Assembly (NCBI GenBank): GCA_026398735.1
Contig: JAPLSH010000014.1
Coordinates: 145,697-209,696, forward strand
Source of the DNA: Pseudomonadota bacterium
GTDB lineage: Bacteria > Pseudomonadota > Gammaproteobacteria > Steroidobacterales > Steroidobacteraceae
Length of the DNA stretch: 64,000 nucleotides
Reading direction: 5' to 3'
The notes beneath the pieces were generated by a model. That model searched no databases and was not told the DNA's origin. It worked only from the letters and a program-made list of their open reading frames with translations. The number at the start of each line of letters is the position of its first letter. The stretch's first letter is position 1. The position numbers and the translations under genes are program-made. This document shows, piece after piece, positions 18,723-26,675 of the stretch.

Positions 18723-19192
18723 CGTGAGGCCTTCCGGGCAGCGATCACTTCGATTTCAACCAAGGCTCCGGCTCGTGCCAAGCCTGCCACCTGCACGGTG
18801 GCACGTACCGGACGATTGGGCTGGCTTGCGGTGCCGAAGAACTCCAAATAGCTCGCGTTCATTGCCGCGAAATCCATCTTGCCGCCCAACGCAGGATCGC
18901 CAAGCAGATAGACGCGCATCTGGATCACATCTGCCATATCCAAGCCCTGCGATTGCAGCACCTTTTTGATGGCTAGAAGCGTGCTAGTGGTCTGGGCGCG
19001 CGTGTTGCCGCTGATGTCATCGGGAAGCATGCCGGCGACATACAGCTGATCACCGACCCAAATGCTTGAGGAGAACGGTGCGCCGTCGGTTGCGTTGCGT
19101 TGTATAGCTAGTCCGTCGGCAAGGCTGGTGCCGGTTGCCAGTAACAAACAAACCGCAGTGATGCTGCGTAGTTGAAGCGAGAAGGTGCTCAT
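18719..19192 (-). CDS. RidA/YjgF family protein with an N-terminal signal peptide
   Basis: 157 aa versus about 125 aa for cytosolic RidA. Leader MSTFSLQLRSITAVCLLLATGTSLA. Core LYVAGMLP.., MRVYL.., ARATVQVAGLARAGALVEIEVIA. Confidence 0.8.
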   Translation of the reverse strand: MSTFSLQLRSITAVCLLLATGTSLADGLAIQRNATDGAPFSSSIWVGDQLYVAGMLPDDISGNTRAQTTSTLLAIKKVLQSQGLDMADVIQMRVYLLGDPALGGKMDFAAMNASYLEFFGTASQPNRPVRATVQVAGLARAGALVEIEVIAARKASR

Positions 19193-19769
19193 GGCTTTGT
19201 CGACTCGTTGTTAAGGTTGTACAGGTGTGCGATGACGTCTTGAATAGGAAAGTCAGTGGGCATTGCACGAGAAATCTCGGCCATGCCTAGTGCCCAAGCG
19301 TTGCCCGTAACAGCTGCGCCACGCAAGCCTTCACGATATTTGGCCCACGTTGCTGCCAGATACCAATCGTTGAGTCGGTGTAATGCCGGCGCATGCAACT
19401 CTGGGCGACCTTGCGCTTGGGCGCCATGGCATGCGGCGCAGTGTTGGTCCCACAGCTTGGCGCCATTGTTGGCGTCGCCAGCAGCAAGCCAGCGCACAGG
19501 GCGGGTTGGCGCAAAGCTGGCAACATGGAGTAGTGCAGCTGCACGCTGCGCTGGCGTGACGATTTCTCGCGCCACACTTTGCATTTCTTTGCCAGCTGGG
19601 TCGCGGTCAAACCCAGCGGTACCACAGGGGCTTGCAAAGCCACGTTACCTTGCAATTGGCTGCCGTGGCAGGTGCTGCAATGGGTTGGCTCAGTGCTGCG
19701 ATCCGCGCCGCAGGCTGCAACTGGCGCTAACAACACAGTCGTGACCCATACGGTTAAGGCAATTCTCAT
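19189..19769 (-). pseudogene. dihaem c-type cytochrome with an interrupted reading frame (frame change near 19585-19590)
   Basis: Frame from 19769: signal peptide plus CSTCHG, sensible up to ..LTATQLAKK. Frame from ATG 19584: second domain with CAACHG but no signal peptide. See findings. Confidence 0.6.
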
Positions 19770-21301
19770 AGGGCCTCCCGAAGCTGGAGACGGTTGAGCA
19801 CATCGTGGGCAGCCAGCACGGCAGATTCCTGCCAGCCTGGATGGGCAGTAATCTGATCGCCGATGAGATAGTGCCGGCCCACGGGCTCACGCAATACAGC
19901 CAAGGTATCGTGGTCCACATCGCGCGCAGTGCAGCCGAGTTGATGGTTCATGCGATACCACGCCACGCTGACACCGTTTTCTATATGGCTTGCATAGTCC
20001 GGGTGCACGGCAGTGCCTTGCGTTGTAGCAGCACTGATCCGCTCTGCTGCTGACATCACGTGAAAGCGGTCTGCAGCGTCTTGTTGCAGGTAATAGCCAC
20101 CGACCACGATGCCCTTGCGGCTGTGAAAGCCGTGCGATGGATATTGGATCTGACCGATATCCTGATCGGTCCAGCTGATACCGCCATAGATGCCCTCCTG
20201 TTCCCAGAAGCGCTCGCGCATCTGAAAGGCAATTTTGGCGAGCTTGCCTCGCGGGCGTGTTGCCAGTCGCGCTACCAGTGGTTGGGGAAGATTGGTGTCC
20301 AGACCCGCCAGCAAATGTGCCGGAATGCTGTTCAGGCAGTAATCGACGCGCTCTTGGTGGGTTTTTCCGTTCTGCGTCCACCGCACATCTACCGTGCGTT
20401 CGTTGCAGTGAATGGAAACCACCTGGGCTCCAAAGTCTATTCGGCCCTTGAGTTGGTGGGCGAATGCCAAGGGGATCCGGTCCATGCCGCCCACGGGCTG
20501 CAAGACGGAGGATTGTGCCTCGCCTTCGCCGAAGTGCATGTTGGTCTGCCAGTGTCCCGAGCGCAGCAAGGCGCTTGCGGGTGTGACGGGTTTGGCGACA
20601 CCGGCGTCAAACAAGCCGCCGCTGGCGTAGCCCGCGCGTGCTGGGGAGCCGCGATAACGGCCATCGCTTCCCAGATCACCAAATTGAGTGATGAAGTCGG
20701 CCAGCCGACTTCTGTCTGCGGCATCAAGTGGCGTATCGAGTGTGGCTTGGGGCAAGGAGCGCGTCAGCAGTTCGGTCATAAAACCGCGCGCATCGGCGTT
20801 GTATTCGCGTTGGCGCAAACGCAGGCTGCCCTGCGCAGCGTTGTATTGCGCCCATGCAGAAGGGTTGTAGTTGACGTGCGTTTCCAGCGCCACACCGAAT
20901 TGACGACAGTAGTCGAGCAGGCGTCGATGCGAGACTGGAATGCGTGAGGCACCCGCGTTGAAATACAGGTTGGGGTCCTTATCGAAACGACAGACTTGGC
21001 GGTTGCCAATCTCGTCTACGACGTCCCCATGACGCAGTGTCAGTACGCGCCCGCCGATGCGCTGTGATGCTTCAAGCAGGCGCACCTGATAGCCCGCGCG
21101 CTGCAGCTCATAGGCGCACACCAGCCCTGCAATGCCGGCTCCGAGCACAAGGACTTTGCGCGGGCCCCGCGGTGCTCCTAGGCGCAGCGCAGGGGCTGAC
21201 GCACTGTCTGGGAGCGCCTGCATTGCACCGGCTAGTTTAACCAGTGCTGCGCTTCCTCCGGCCGCAGCAGCCAGCTCCAGTAGTCGTCGCCGTGTAAGCA
21301 T
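19766..21301 (-). CDS. Tat-exported flavin amine oxidase family protein
   Basis: Twin-arginine leader MLTRRRLLELAAAAGGSAA. FAD fold VLVLGAGIAGLVCAYEL..VRLLEASQRIGGR. 511 aa. Confidence 0.85.
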   Translation of the reverse strand: MLTRRRLLELAAAAGGSAALVKLAGAMQALPDSASAPALRLGAPRGPRKVLVLGAGIAGLVCAYELQRAGYQVRLLEASQRIGGRVLTLRHGDVVDEIGNRQVCRFDKDPNLYFNAGASRIPVSHRRLLDYCRQFGVALETHVNYNPSAWAQYNAAQGSLRLRQREYNADARGFMTELLTRSLPQATLDTPLDAADRSRLADFITQFGDLGSDGRYRGSPARAGYASGGLFDAGVAKPVTPASALLRSGHWQTNMHFGEGEAQSSVLQPVGGMDRIPLAFAHQLKGRIDFGAQVVSIHCNERTVDVRWTQNGKTHQERVDYCLNSIPAHLLAGLDTNLPQPLVARLATRPRGKLAKIAFQMRERFWEQEGIYGGISWTDQDIGQIQYPSHGFHSRKGIVVGGYYLQQDAADRFHVMSAAERISAATTQGTAVHPDYASHIENGVSVAWYRMNHQLGCTARDVDHDTLAVLREPVGRHYLIGDQITAHPGWQESAVLAAHDVLNRLQLREAL

Positions 21302-21309
21302 GGGCCGGG

Positions 21310-22167
21310 CTACTTCACTAATTGCGAGGGTTGTGCGCTGGGCAGCTTAGCCATCTCTGCGGCGATGCAATGCACCTCGAAGATGTCGCGGTCATCGCGC
21401 AAGTTGTAGCGCTTGGTGTTCACCCAGTTGCCTTCCCAATATTGCGGATCGGTCATTGTCAGCTCAATGGCCAACACGGTGCCATCACTTTCCAAGGTCC
21501 AGCGCTCCACGATCTTGAGCTGTTCACCGACCGGAACGCCTGCCTGTATCCAGTGATGGTTTGGCTCAAAGTTGCGCGTTTCGACCACCAAGGACTTGCC
21601 CTCGAAGTGGCCAATAGAGTCGCCGTTGAATGACGGCAGCGTGAAGTCGGGATCCGGGTGCTTACGACCGTCGAGATAGATCCAGCGGACTTGGTTCTCA
21701 AAGCCCTGAATCATCACGATGGCAGTGGGCAGTTGTATGACCTGAATGGGCCAGACACGCGTTAGAAATCGCGGCATGCCTGGCGGGTAGCAGCTACCGG
21801 CATCATCTTTATAGGCTTTGCCGTCTTTATCAGCTTGTAGCTTTTCGTTGTAAATCGTCTGCGCGGCTGCGGTGAATTTTGGCAGCGGAAAGAATTCCCA
21901 ATCCGGCGGCGGGCCGTTGGTGGCTGTGCGCTGCATGAGCCATGTGCCCATGAAGTTCACTGTGGCTTTGGGGCGTTTGGCGTTGAGGTTGCCAGCGGCC
22001 AGCATGCTCCAGTTGCCTTTGGCGGGCGCTGCAGACAGCTTGACGGCAGGCTCTACCTTTCGAACCTGCGCAACCGCATCAGTGCAGTTCAGCACGGTGA
22101 GGGCAAGCAAGCCCACAGTCAGCAGCGCGGCTTTGTGTCGCAATGCGCCAAAGTTCAGAGCAAGCAT
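21310..22167 (-). CDS. exported protein of unknown function, first gene of the amine-oxidase operon
   Basis: Start taken at MLALNFGALRHKAALLTVGLLALTVLNC (ATG 22167, GGAGGGG 5 nt upstream). The track start 22476 would overlap the TBDR gene. Confidence 0.7.
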   Translation of the reverse strand: MLALNFGALRHKAALLTVGLLALTVLNCTDAVAQVRKVEPAVKLSAAPAKGNWSMLAAGNLNAKRPKATVNFMGTWLMQRTATNGPPPDWEFFPLPKFTAAAQTIYNEKLQADKDGKAYKDDAGSCYPPGMPRFLTRVWPIQVIQLPTAIVMIQGFENQVRWIYLDGRKHPDPDFTLPSFNGDSIGHFEGKSLVVETRNFEPNHHWIQAGVPVGEQLKIVERWTLESDGTVLAIELTMTDPQYWEGNWVNTKRYNLRDDRDIFEVHCIAAEMAKLPSAQPSQLVK

Positions 22168-22411
22168 AGTGTCCCCTCCAAGTTGACAGTGTGAAGTGAC
22201 TATAGAGCAGGCAATTTTACTGCTCTTGAGAGTGATGGACTTTTCTAAGCTCATTTCGACTGGCGGAACCATTCTGCTTGTGCGTCGGAAGTGGGTCGTT
22301 ATCCTTGGCCCACTAAGGCTACAAGTCGCGGCGTATCGGTAAGTCGACCGAATTCTACGCTGCCGTCGGTGTGACCTCTCAGAGCAATGGCAAGTAACGG
22401 AGACTATAAAA

Positions 22412-25294
22412 ATGACAATCCGCAACACCGCACTTAACCGCAGCATTGCGTTGGCAGTTGCTGCCGCGCTCGCCACTGCTGTTGCACAGGCTCAAACTGC
22501 CGATGCACTAGACGAAGTTGCAGTCACTGCCTCGCGCATCCAGCGCACAGGCTTTGAAGCGCCCACACCCACGACATACCTGGGTGCAGATGAAATTGAA
22601 AACCGCGCTGCGGTACGTATCAGTCAAGTGTTGTTTGAGTTGCCTGCTATGCGTCCTACCGCCACTGCAGTGCCGTTCTCGGCCTCAGCTGGTGGTAGCT
22701 ACGCCAACTTGCGCAATCTCAATCCGGGTTCGCCGACGCAGACCGCCACGCGCACGTTGGTGCTGGTTGATGGGCGTCGTGTCGTAGCCAGTACGACGAC
22801 AGGTTTGGTGGATCTCAACACCATTCCAACGGCACTTGTTGAGCGCGTCGAAGTGGTTACAGGTGGTGCATCGGCCGCCTGGGGTTCCGACGCAGTTGCT
22901 GGCGTTACCAACTTCCTGCTTAAGAAAAAGCTTGATGGGCTTGAGGCCAACGTGCAGTACGGCCAATCGGCTCACAATGATCAACGTGAGTCTTCATTCT
23001 CGTTGGCGTGGGGCAGTGGTTATGCCGGCGGTCGTGGCCAGTTCATGCTCGCTGCAGAAGGCAGCAAACTGACCGATCCGGTGACGGCCGGTGCGCGCAG
23101 TTGGGGTCGTAATCAGTACGGCTGGGTCAGCGGCGCCGTTGATGGCGTCACCTATACGCGTATCACGGTGCCTGGTGTGACGGCCTCGGGTGTTACTAAC
23201 GGTGGTGTCATCGTGGCATCCACTGGTGCACCGTTACCCACCACCGGTGCTACGGCGGCACTGCGTGGCATTCAGTTCGGCCCCGGTGGAGCGGTGCAGC
23301 CATTTACCTATGGCACCTATTTGAGCAACAACACGATGGTCGGGGGCAGTGGCGGGGTGTTTTCACCGCTGAACAATTTGACTGCGCCGGTGGACCGTCA
23401 GAGTGTGTTTGGGCGCACCACCTTCGATTTCACGGACAATGTTCGTGGCTTCGCAGAGCTCGCGTACGCCAATTCTTCCTCTACTGTAAACACCCAGCCT
23501 ACGTACACGCCCAACGGCGATCCGGTGTTTACCATCCGCAAGGACAATCCGTTCTTGCCGGCCTCTATTGTGTCGCTGATGACCGCCAATGCGCTGACCA
23601 CCTTCGGCCTCGGTCGGGCCAACCCCGAGTTCGGTCTTTACTCAATTGGCGAGTCGCAAGCCACGGTCAAGCGCGGTTCGGCAGGCTTAGACGGCGAAGT
23701 AAGCGGCTGGAAGTGGAAGGCTTGGGTCACCAGCGGCAGCACCGACTATTACGATCGAGTGCCCAACAACATCAAGCAGGCCAATCTGCGTGCAGCCGTT
23801 GATAGCGTGATGGGCCCGGGCGGTACGCCTATCTGCCGCATCAATAGCACGGCTGCGGCCGACATCGCCCTTGTGACGGCGACCACCTATCAGGGTCGCG
23901 GTGCCGATGCGGGCTGTGTTGCGGCCAATCCATTTGGACCCGGGTCGTTCACGTCACAGGTCGCCGGCTATGTGCTGGGTCTGAGTCAGGCTACGGCGAC
24001 CATTCGTCAGGACACTGGCGGTGCAACGATTCAAGGCGAGCCGTTTGCAATTTGGGCCGGCCCGGTGTCGTTGGCCGGTGGTATTGAATACCGCAAGGAG
24101 AGCGTCGATCAGGTTTCTGATGCGACCGCACAGACCTCTACACCGGCATTCCAAACCGGTGGTTGGCAGTTCGCCAACCGCAAGCCGCTCAATGGTCAGT
24201 ACGATGTGAAGGAATATTTCGCAGAGACGATTGTGCCGCTGGCCAAGGATCATGCGTTGTTCCAGGCGCTGGATTTCAACGCGGCGGTGCGTGCCACCGA
24301 CTACAGCACTAGCGGTAGCGTCACCAGCTGGAAGGCAGGTCTAACCTGGTCACCGTTTGAAGGGGTCTTGTTGCGCGGTACGCGCTCGCGCGATATCCGG
24401 GCGGCTAACTTGGTCGAGTTGTTTACGCCTGGCGTTTCGATAGTCGGCGCCATTGTCGATCACGGGCGCACGGGCAGCCCGACCTCTTCAGTGCCTACCA
24501 CCACCGTGGGTAATGCAGATCTCAAGCCAGAGCAGGCCGATACCCAAACCGTCGGCATCACTTGGCAACCCACGGGCACGGGCTTTCATGCATCTTTGGA
24601 CTGGTATCGCATCGACCTCAAGAACGCCATCGGCTCGTTTGGCGGTCAGAATATCGTCAGTGCCTGCTATGGCAAGGCACCGTTTACTGCAGTGGTTTCT
24701 GATGCCTGTGCACTGATCTCACGCGATACGGCGGGTGTTATTAGCAACGTCTTCAACAAGACGCTCAACTTGGCATTTACCAAGACCAACGGCACCGACG
24801 TTGAGCTGGGCTACAAGTTTGCCCTGGCCAGCCTGTCGGATGGCCTGGGTGGTGATATGCAGTTGCGCTTGTTGGGCACGTATCTGGACAAGCTCGACAC
24901 TAACAACGGCATTGTGACGGTGGATCGCGCCGGCGAGATCGGTAATTCGCGCTGGCGTTTGACGGCAACAGCCAATTACGTCAATGGCCGCTTCTCTGGC
25001 TATCTGCAGGGCCGATATTTTGACAGCGCCAAGGTCGACAACACGTTCAGTGCGACCGACATCTATGACAACAGCGTGCCTAGTGTGATTTATGCCAATG
25101 CCTCTGTGCAGTACGTATTTGGAAATGTCATGGGCAATGGTTCATTGCAGGGTTTCCTCAGCATCAACAACCTGTTCGACAAGGCGCCGCCATTGGTTAC
25201 TTCGGCCAGCGTATCTCCGAGTCAGGCGCCCTTGGCTCCCGACTACGACAAAGTGGGTCGTTACTTCACTTTGGGTTTGCGGTACCGCCGCTAA
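22412..25294 (+). CDS. TonB-dependent receptor
   Basis: Signal peptide; plug region DEVAVTASRIQRTGFEAPTP and TLVLVDGRRV; VERVEVVTGGASAAWGSDAVAGVTNF; long barrel; 960 aa. Confidence 0.9.
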   Translation: MTIRNTALNRSIALAVAAALATAVAQAQTADALDEVAVTASRIQRTGFEAPTPTTYLGADEIENRAAVRISQVLFELPAMRPTATAVPFSASAGGSYANLRNLNPGSPTQTATRTLVLVDGRRVVASTTTGLVDLNTIPTALVERVEVVTGGASAAWGSDAVAGVTNFLLKKKLDGLEANVQYGQSAHNDQRESSFSLAWGSGYAGGRGQFMLAAEGSKLTDPVTAGARSWGRNQYGWVSGAVDGVTYTRITVPGVTASGVTNGGVIVASTGAPLPTTGATAALRGIQFGPGGAVQPFTYGTYLSNNTMVGGSGGVFSPLNNLTAPVDRQSVFGRTTFDFTDNVRGFAELAYANSSSTVNTQPTYTPNGDPVFTIRKDNPFLPASIVSLMTANALTTFGLGRANPEFGLYSIGESQATVKRGSAGLDGEVSGWKWKAWVTSGSTDYYDRVPNNIKQANLRAAVDSVMGPGGTPICRINSTAAADIALVTATTYQGRGADAGCVAANPFGPGSFTSQVAGYVLGLSQATATIRQDTGGATIQGEPFAIWAGPVSLAGGIEYRKESVDQVSDATAQTSTPAFQTGGWQFANRKPLNGQYDVKEYFAETIVPLAKDHALFQALDFNAAVRATDYSTSGSVTSWKAGLTWSPFEGVLLRGTRSRDIRAANLVELFTPGVSIVGAIVDHGRTGSPTSSVPTTTVGNADLKPEQADTQTVGITWQPTGTGFHASLDWYRIDLKNAIGSFGGQNIVSACYGKAPFTAVVSDACALISRDTAGVISNVFNKTLNLAFTKTNGTDVELGYKFALASLSDGLGGDMQLRLLGTYLDKLDTNNGIVTVDRAGEIGNSRWRLTATANYVNGRFSGYLQGRYFDSAKVDNTFSATDIYDNSVPSVIYANASVQYVFGNVMGNGSLQGFLSINNLFDKAPPLVTSASVSPSQAPLAPDYDKVGRYFTLGLRYRR

Positions 25295-25312
25295 TCACAG
25301 GGGGATTCAGTC

Positions 25313-25696
25313 ATGAAGCATTTGAAGCAAAAGCTGCTGCTGTTAGCCCTTATGGCGAGTGTTGGGCCACTGGCTGTGGCCCATCATTCCTTCGCTGCCT
25401 TTGATTTGACACGCACGGTTACGGTGGAAGGCGAGCTGACGGAAGTGCATTTCACCAATCCGCACAGCTGGTTCGAGCTCAAAGTGATCGATGCCAAAGG
25501 TGCCGAGCAGCGTTGGGCAATTGAAGGGTTGAGTCCTCAGCAGCTAGTCAGTAAGGGGCTCAAGCGCACCGCTATGAAGGTGGGGGACAAGGTGACCATC
25601 ACCGTAAACCCACTTCGAGATGGCGCTGTGGGCGGCAGCTTGGTGGCAGTCAAGCTGGCTGATGGCACCGTGATTAACGGCGGCCCCGGGCAATAG
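25313..25696 (+). CDS. small exported protein, DUF6152-like (family assignment from memory)
   Basis: Signal peptide ending VAHHSFAAFD, then NPHSW and a single beta-rich domain. 18 nt after the TBDR stop. Confidence 0.65.
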   Translation: MKHLKQKLLLLALMASVGPLAVAHHSFAAFDLTRTVTVEGELTEVHFTNPHSWFELKVIDAKGAEQRWAIEGLSPQQLVSKGLKRTAMKVGDKVTITVNPLRDGAVGGSLVAVKLADGTVINGGPGQ

Positions 25697-25729
25697 CCCG
25701 AGGTCGCTGCAGCCTGCCGCCGGCTCGGC

Positions 25730-26443
25730 TCAGGGCTTGCCGATAGCCTGAGCTGAGTCCAGTCGAGCCCGCAATATGCGTGCCCACAGGATGGCGGTGC
25801 GTCGCGCCTCCATCTCGTTGATCATGCTGTTGGTCAGCATCAACTGACCGGTGCCGCGACTCTCTTCTCTGTCCACGACACGCGCAATGATCGAGCCGCT
25901 CTCTGAGTCGTAGAGCGCAGCAACCAGCGTCATCTCGCCAGCCGAGATTACATAGGTATGCGTCAGCGTTGCTTCGCGACTTTCCGGCGCATTGACATAC
26001 AAGTCGACGATGTCAGCCTTAACGCGCAACACGTCGGGGCCGGGGGCATTAACCACTTGATAACGGCTCTTGCTCTGCAGCTCGCGCGTAAATTCCTCGC
26101 GAACCAGTTTTGCCACACTTGTGCGGATTGCCTCGCGATCTTTGATATCGAGCGGAAAAGTAGAGCCGGTACGGTTTGGCTTCCAATCCTTGCGGAAAGA
26201 GACATCAACGGTATCGATCATTACTTTGCGATAGGCAGAAAGCGTCGCGCCGGGTGCCGCATAGGCTTGGTCGATACCCTTGATCTTGATCTGCACTAAG
26301 CCATCGTGGCTGGCCTGAGCTTTGATTTCGGTAGCTGCTGCATTGCACAGGGTCAGCGGCGCTACAGCCAACACGATCAGCAGGCCGGCCATAGATCCGG
26401 TGCGGCGCAATATGCCGCCGCCAGTTGGGCGGGTGGTAAGCAT
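25730..26443 (-). CDS. exported protein or lipoprotein, possibly DUF3313-like
   Basis: Start taken at ATG 26443 (MLTTRPTGGG...LTLCNAAA). Family call is weak. Confidence 0.5.
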   Translation of the reverse strand: MLTTRPTGGGILRRTGSMAGLLIVLAVAPLTLCNAAATEIKAQASHDGLVQIKIKGIDQAYAAPGATLSAYRKVMIDTVDVSFRKDWKPNRTGSTFPLDIKDREAIRTSVAKLVREEFTRELQSKSRYQVVNAPGPDVLRVKADIVDLYVNAPESREATLTHTYVISAGEMTLVAALYDSESGSIIARVVDREESRGTGQLMLTNSMINEMEARRTAILWARILRARLDSAQAIGKP

Positions 26444-26675
26444 GGTGGGTTCCCCTTGTTGAATGAGACTGTGTGGCACAGAGAAATAGCCTAGGTCGCA
26501 ACAGTCACACGCCGCACAGGCATTTGACAATGCGTGCTGGCGACTGGTACTGCCAAGGCTGCCAGTTATGCTGCCTTAAGGGCTGGCCGGCAGGATGACG
26601 GCACAATGGCCCGGTTGTTTAAGGCTTCGCATCGGGAATTGTGACAAGTAGGTGGCGCGTTTTTTCGGGGGGGGA

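Noticed and set aside
19570-19600. Programmed -1 ribosomal frameshift in the cytochrome gene.
   Set aside because: There is no X XXY YYZ slippery heptamer and no obvious downstream stimulatory structure. An indel or sequencing error in the A-run is more parsimonious.
19287-19769. Taking the 160-aa ORF as an intact monohaem cytochrome c.
   Set aside because: Only the first 60 or so residues look like a cytochrome. The remainder overlaps the well-formed second-domain frame by about 300 nt and is compositionally junk.
22183-22206. TTGACA followed by TATAGA as the promoter for the TonB-dependent receptor.
   Set aside because: The spacer is only 12 nt, incompatible with a sigma70 promoter.
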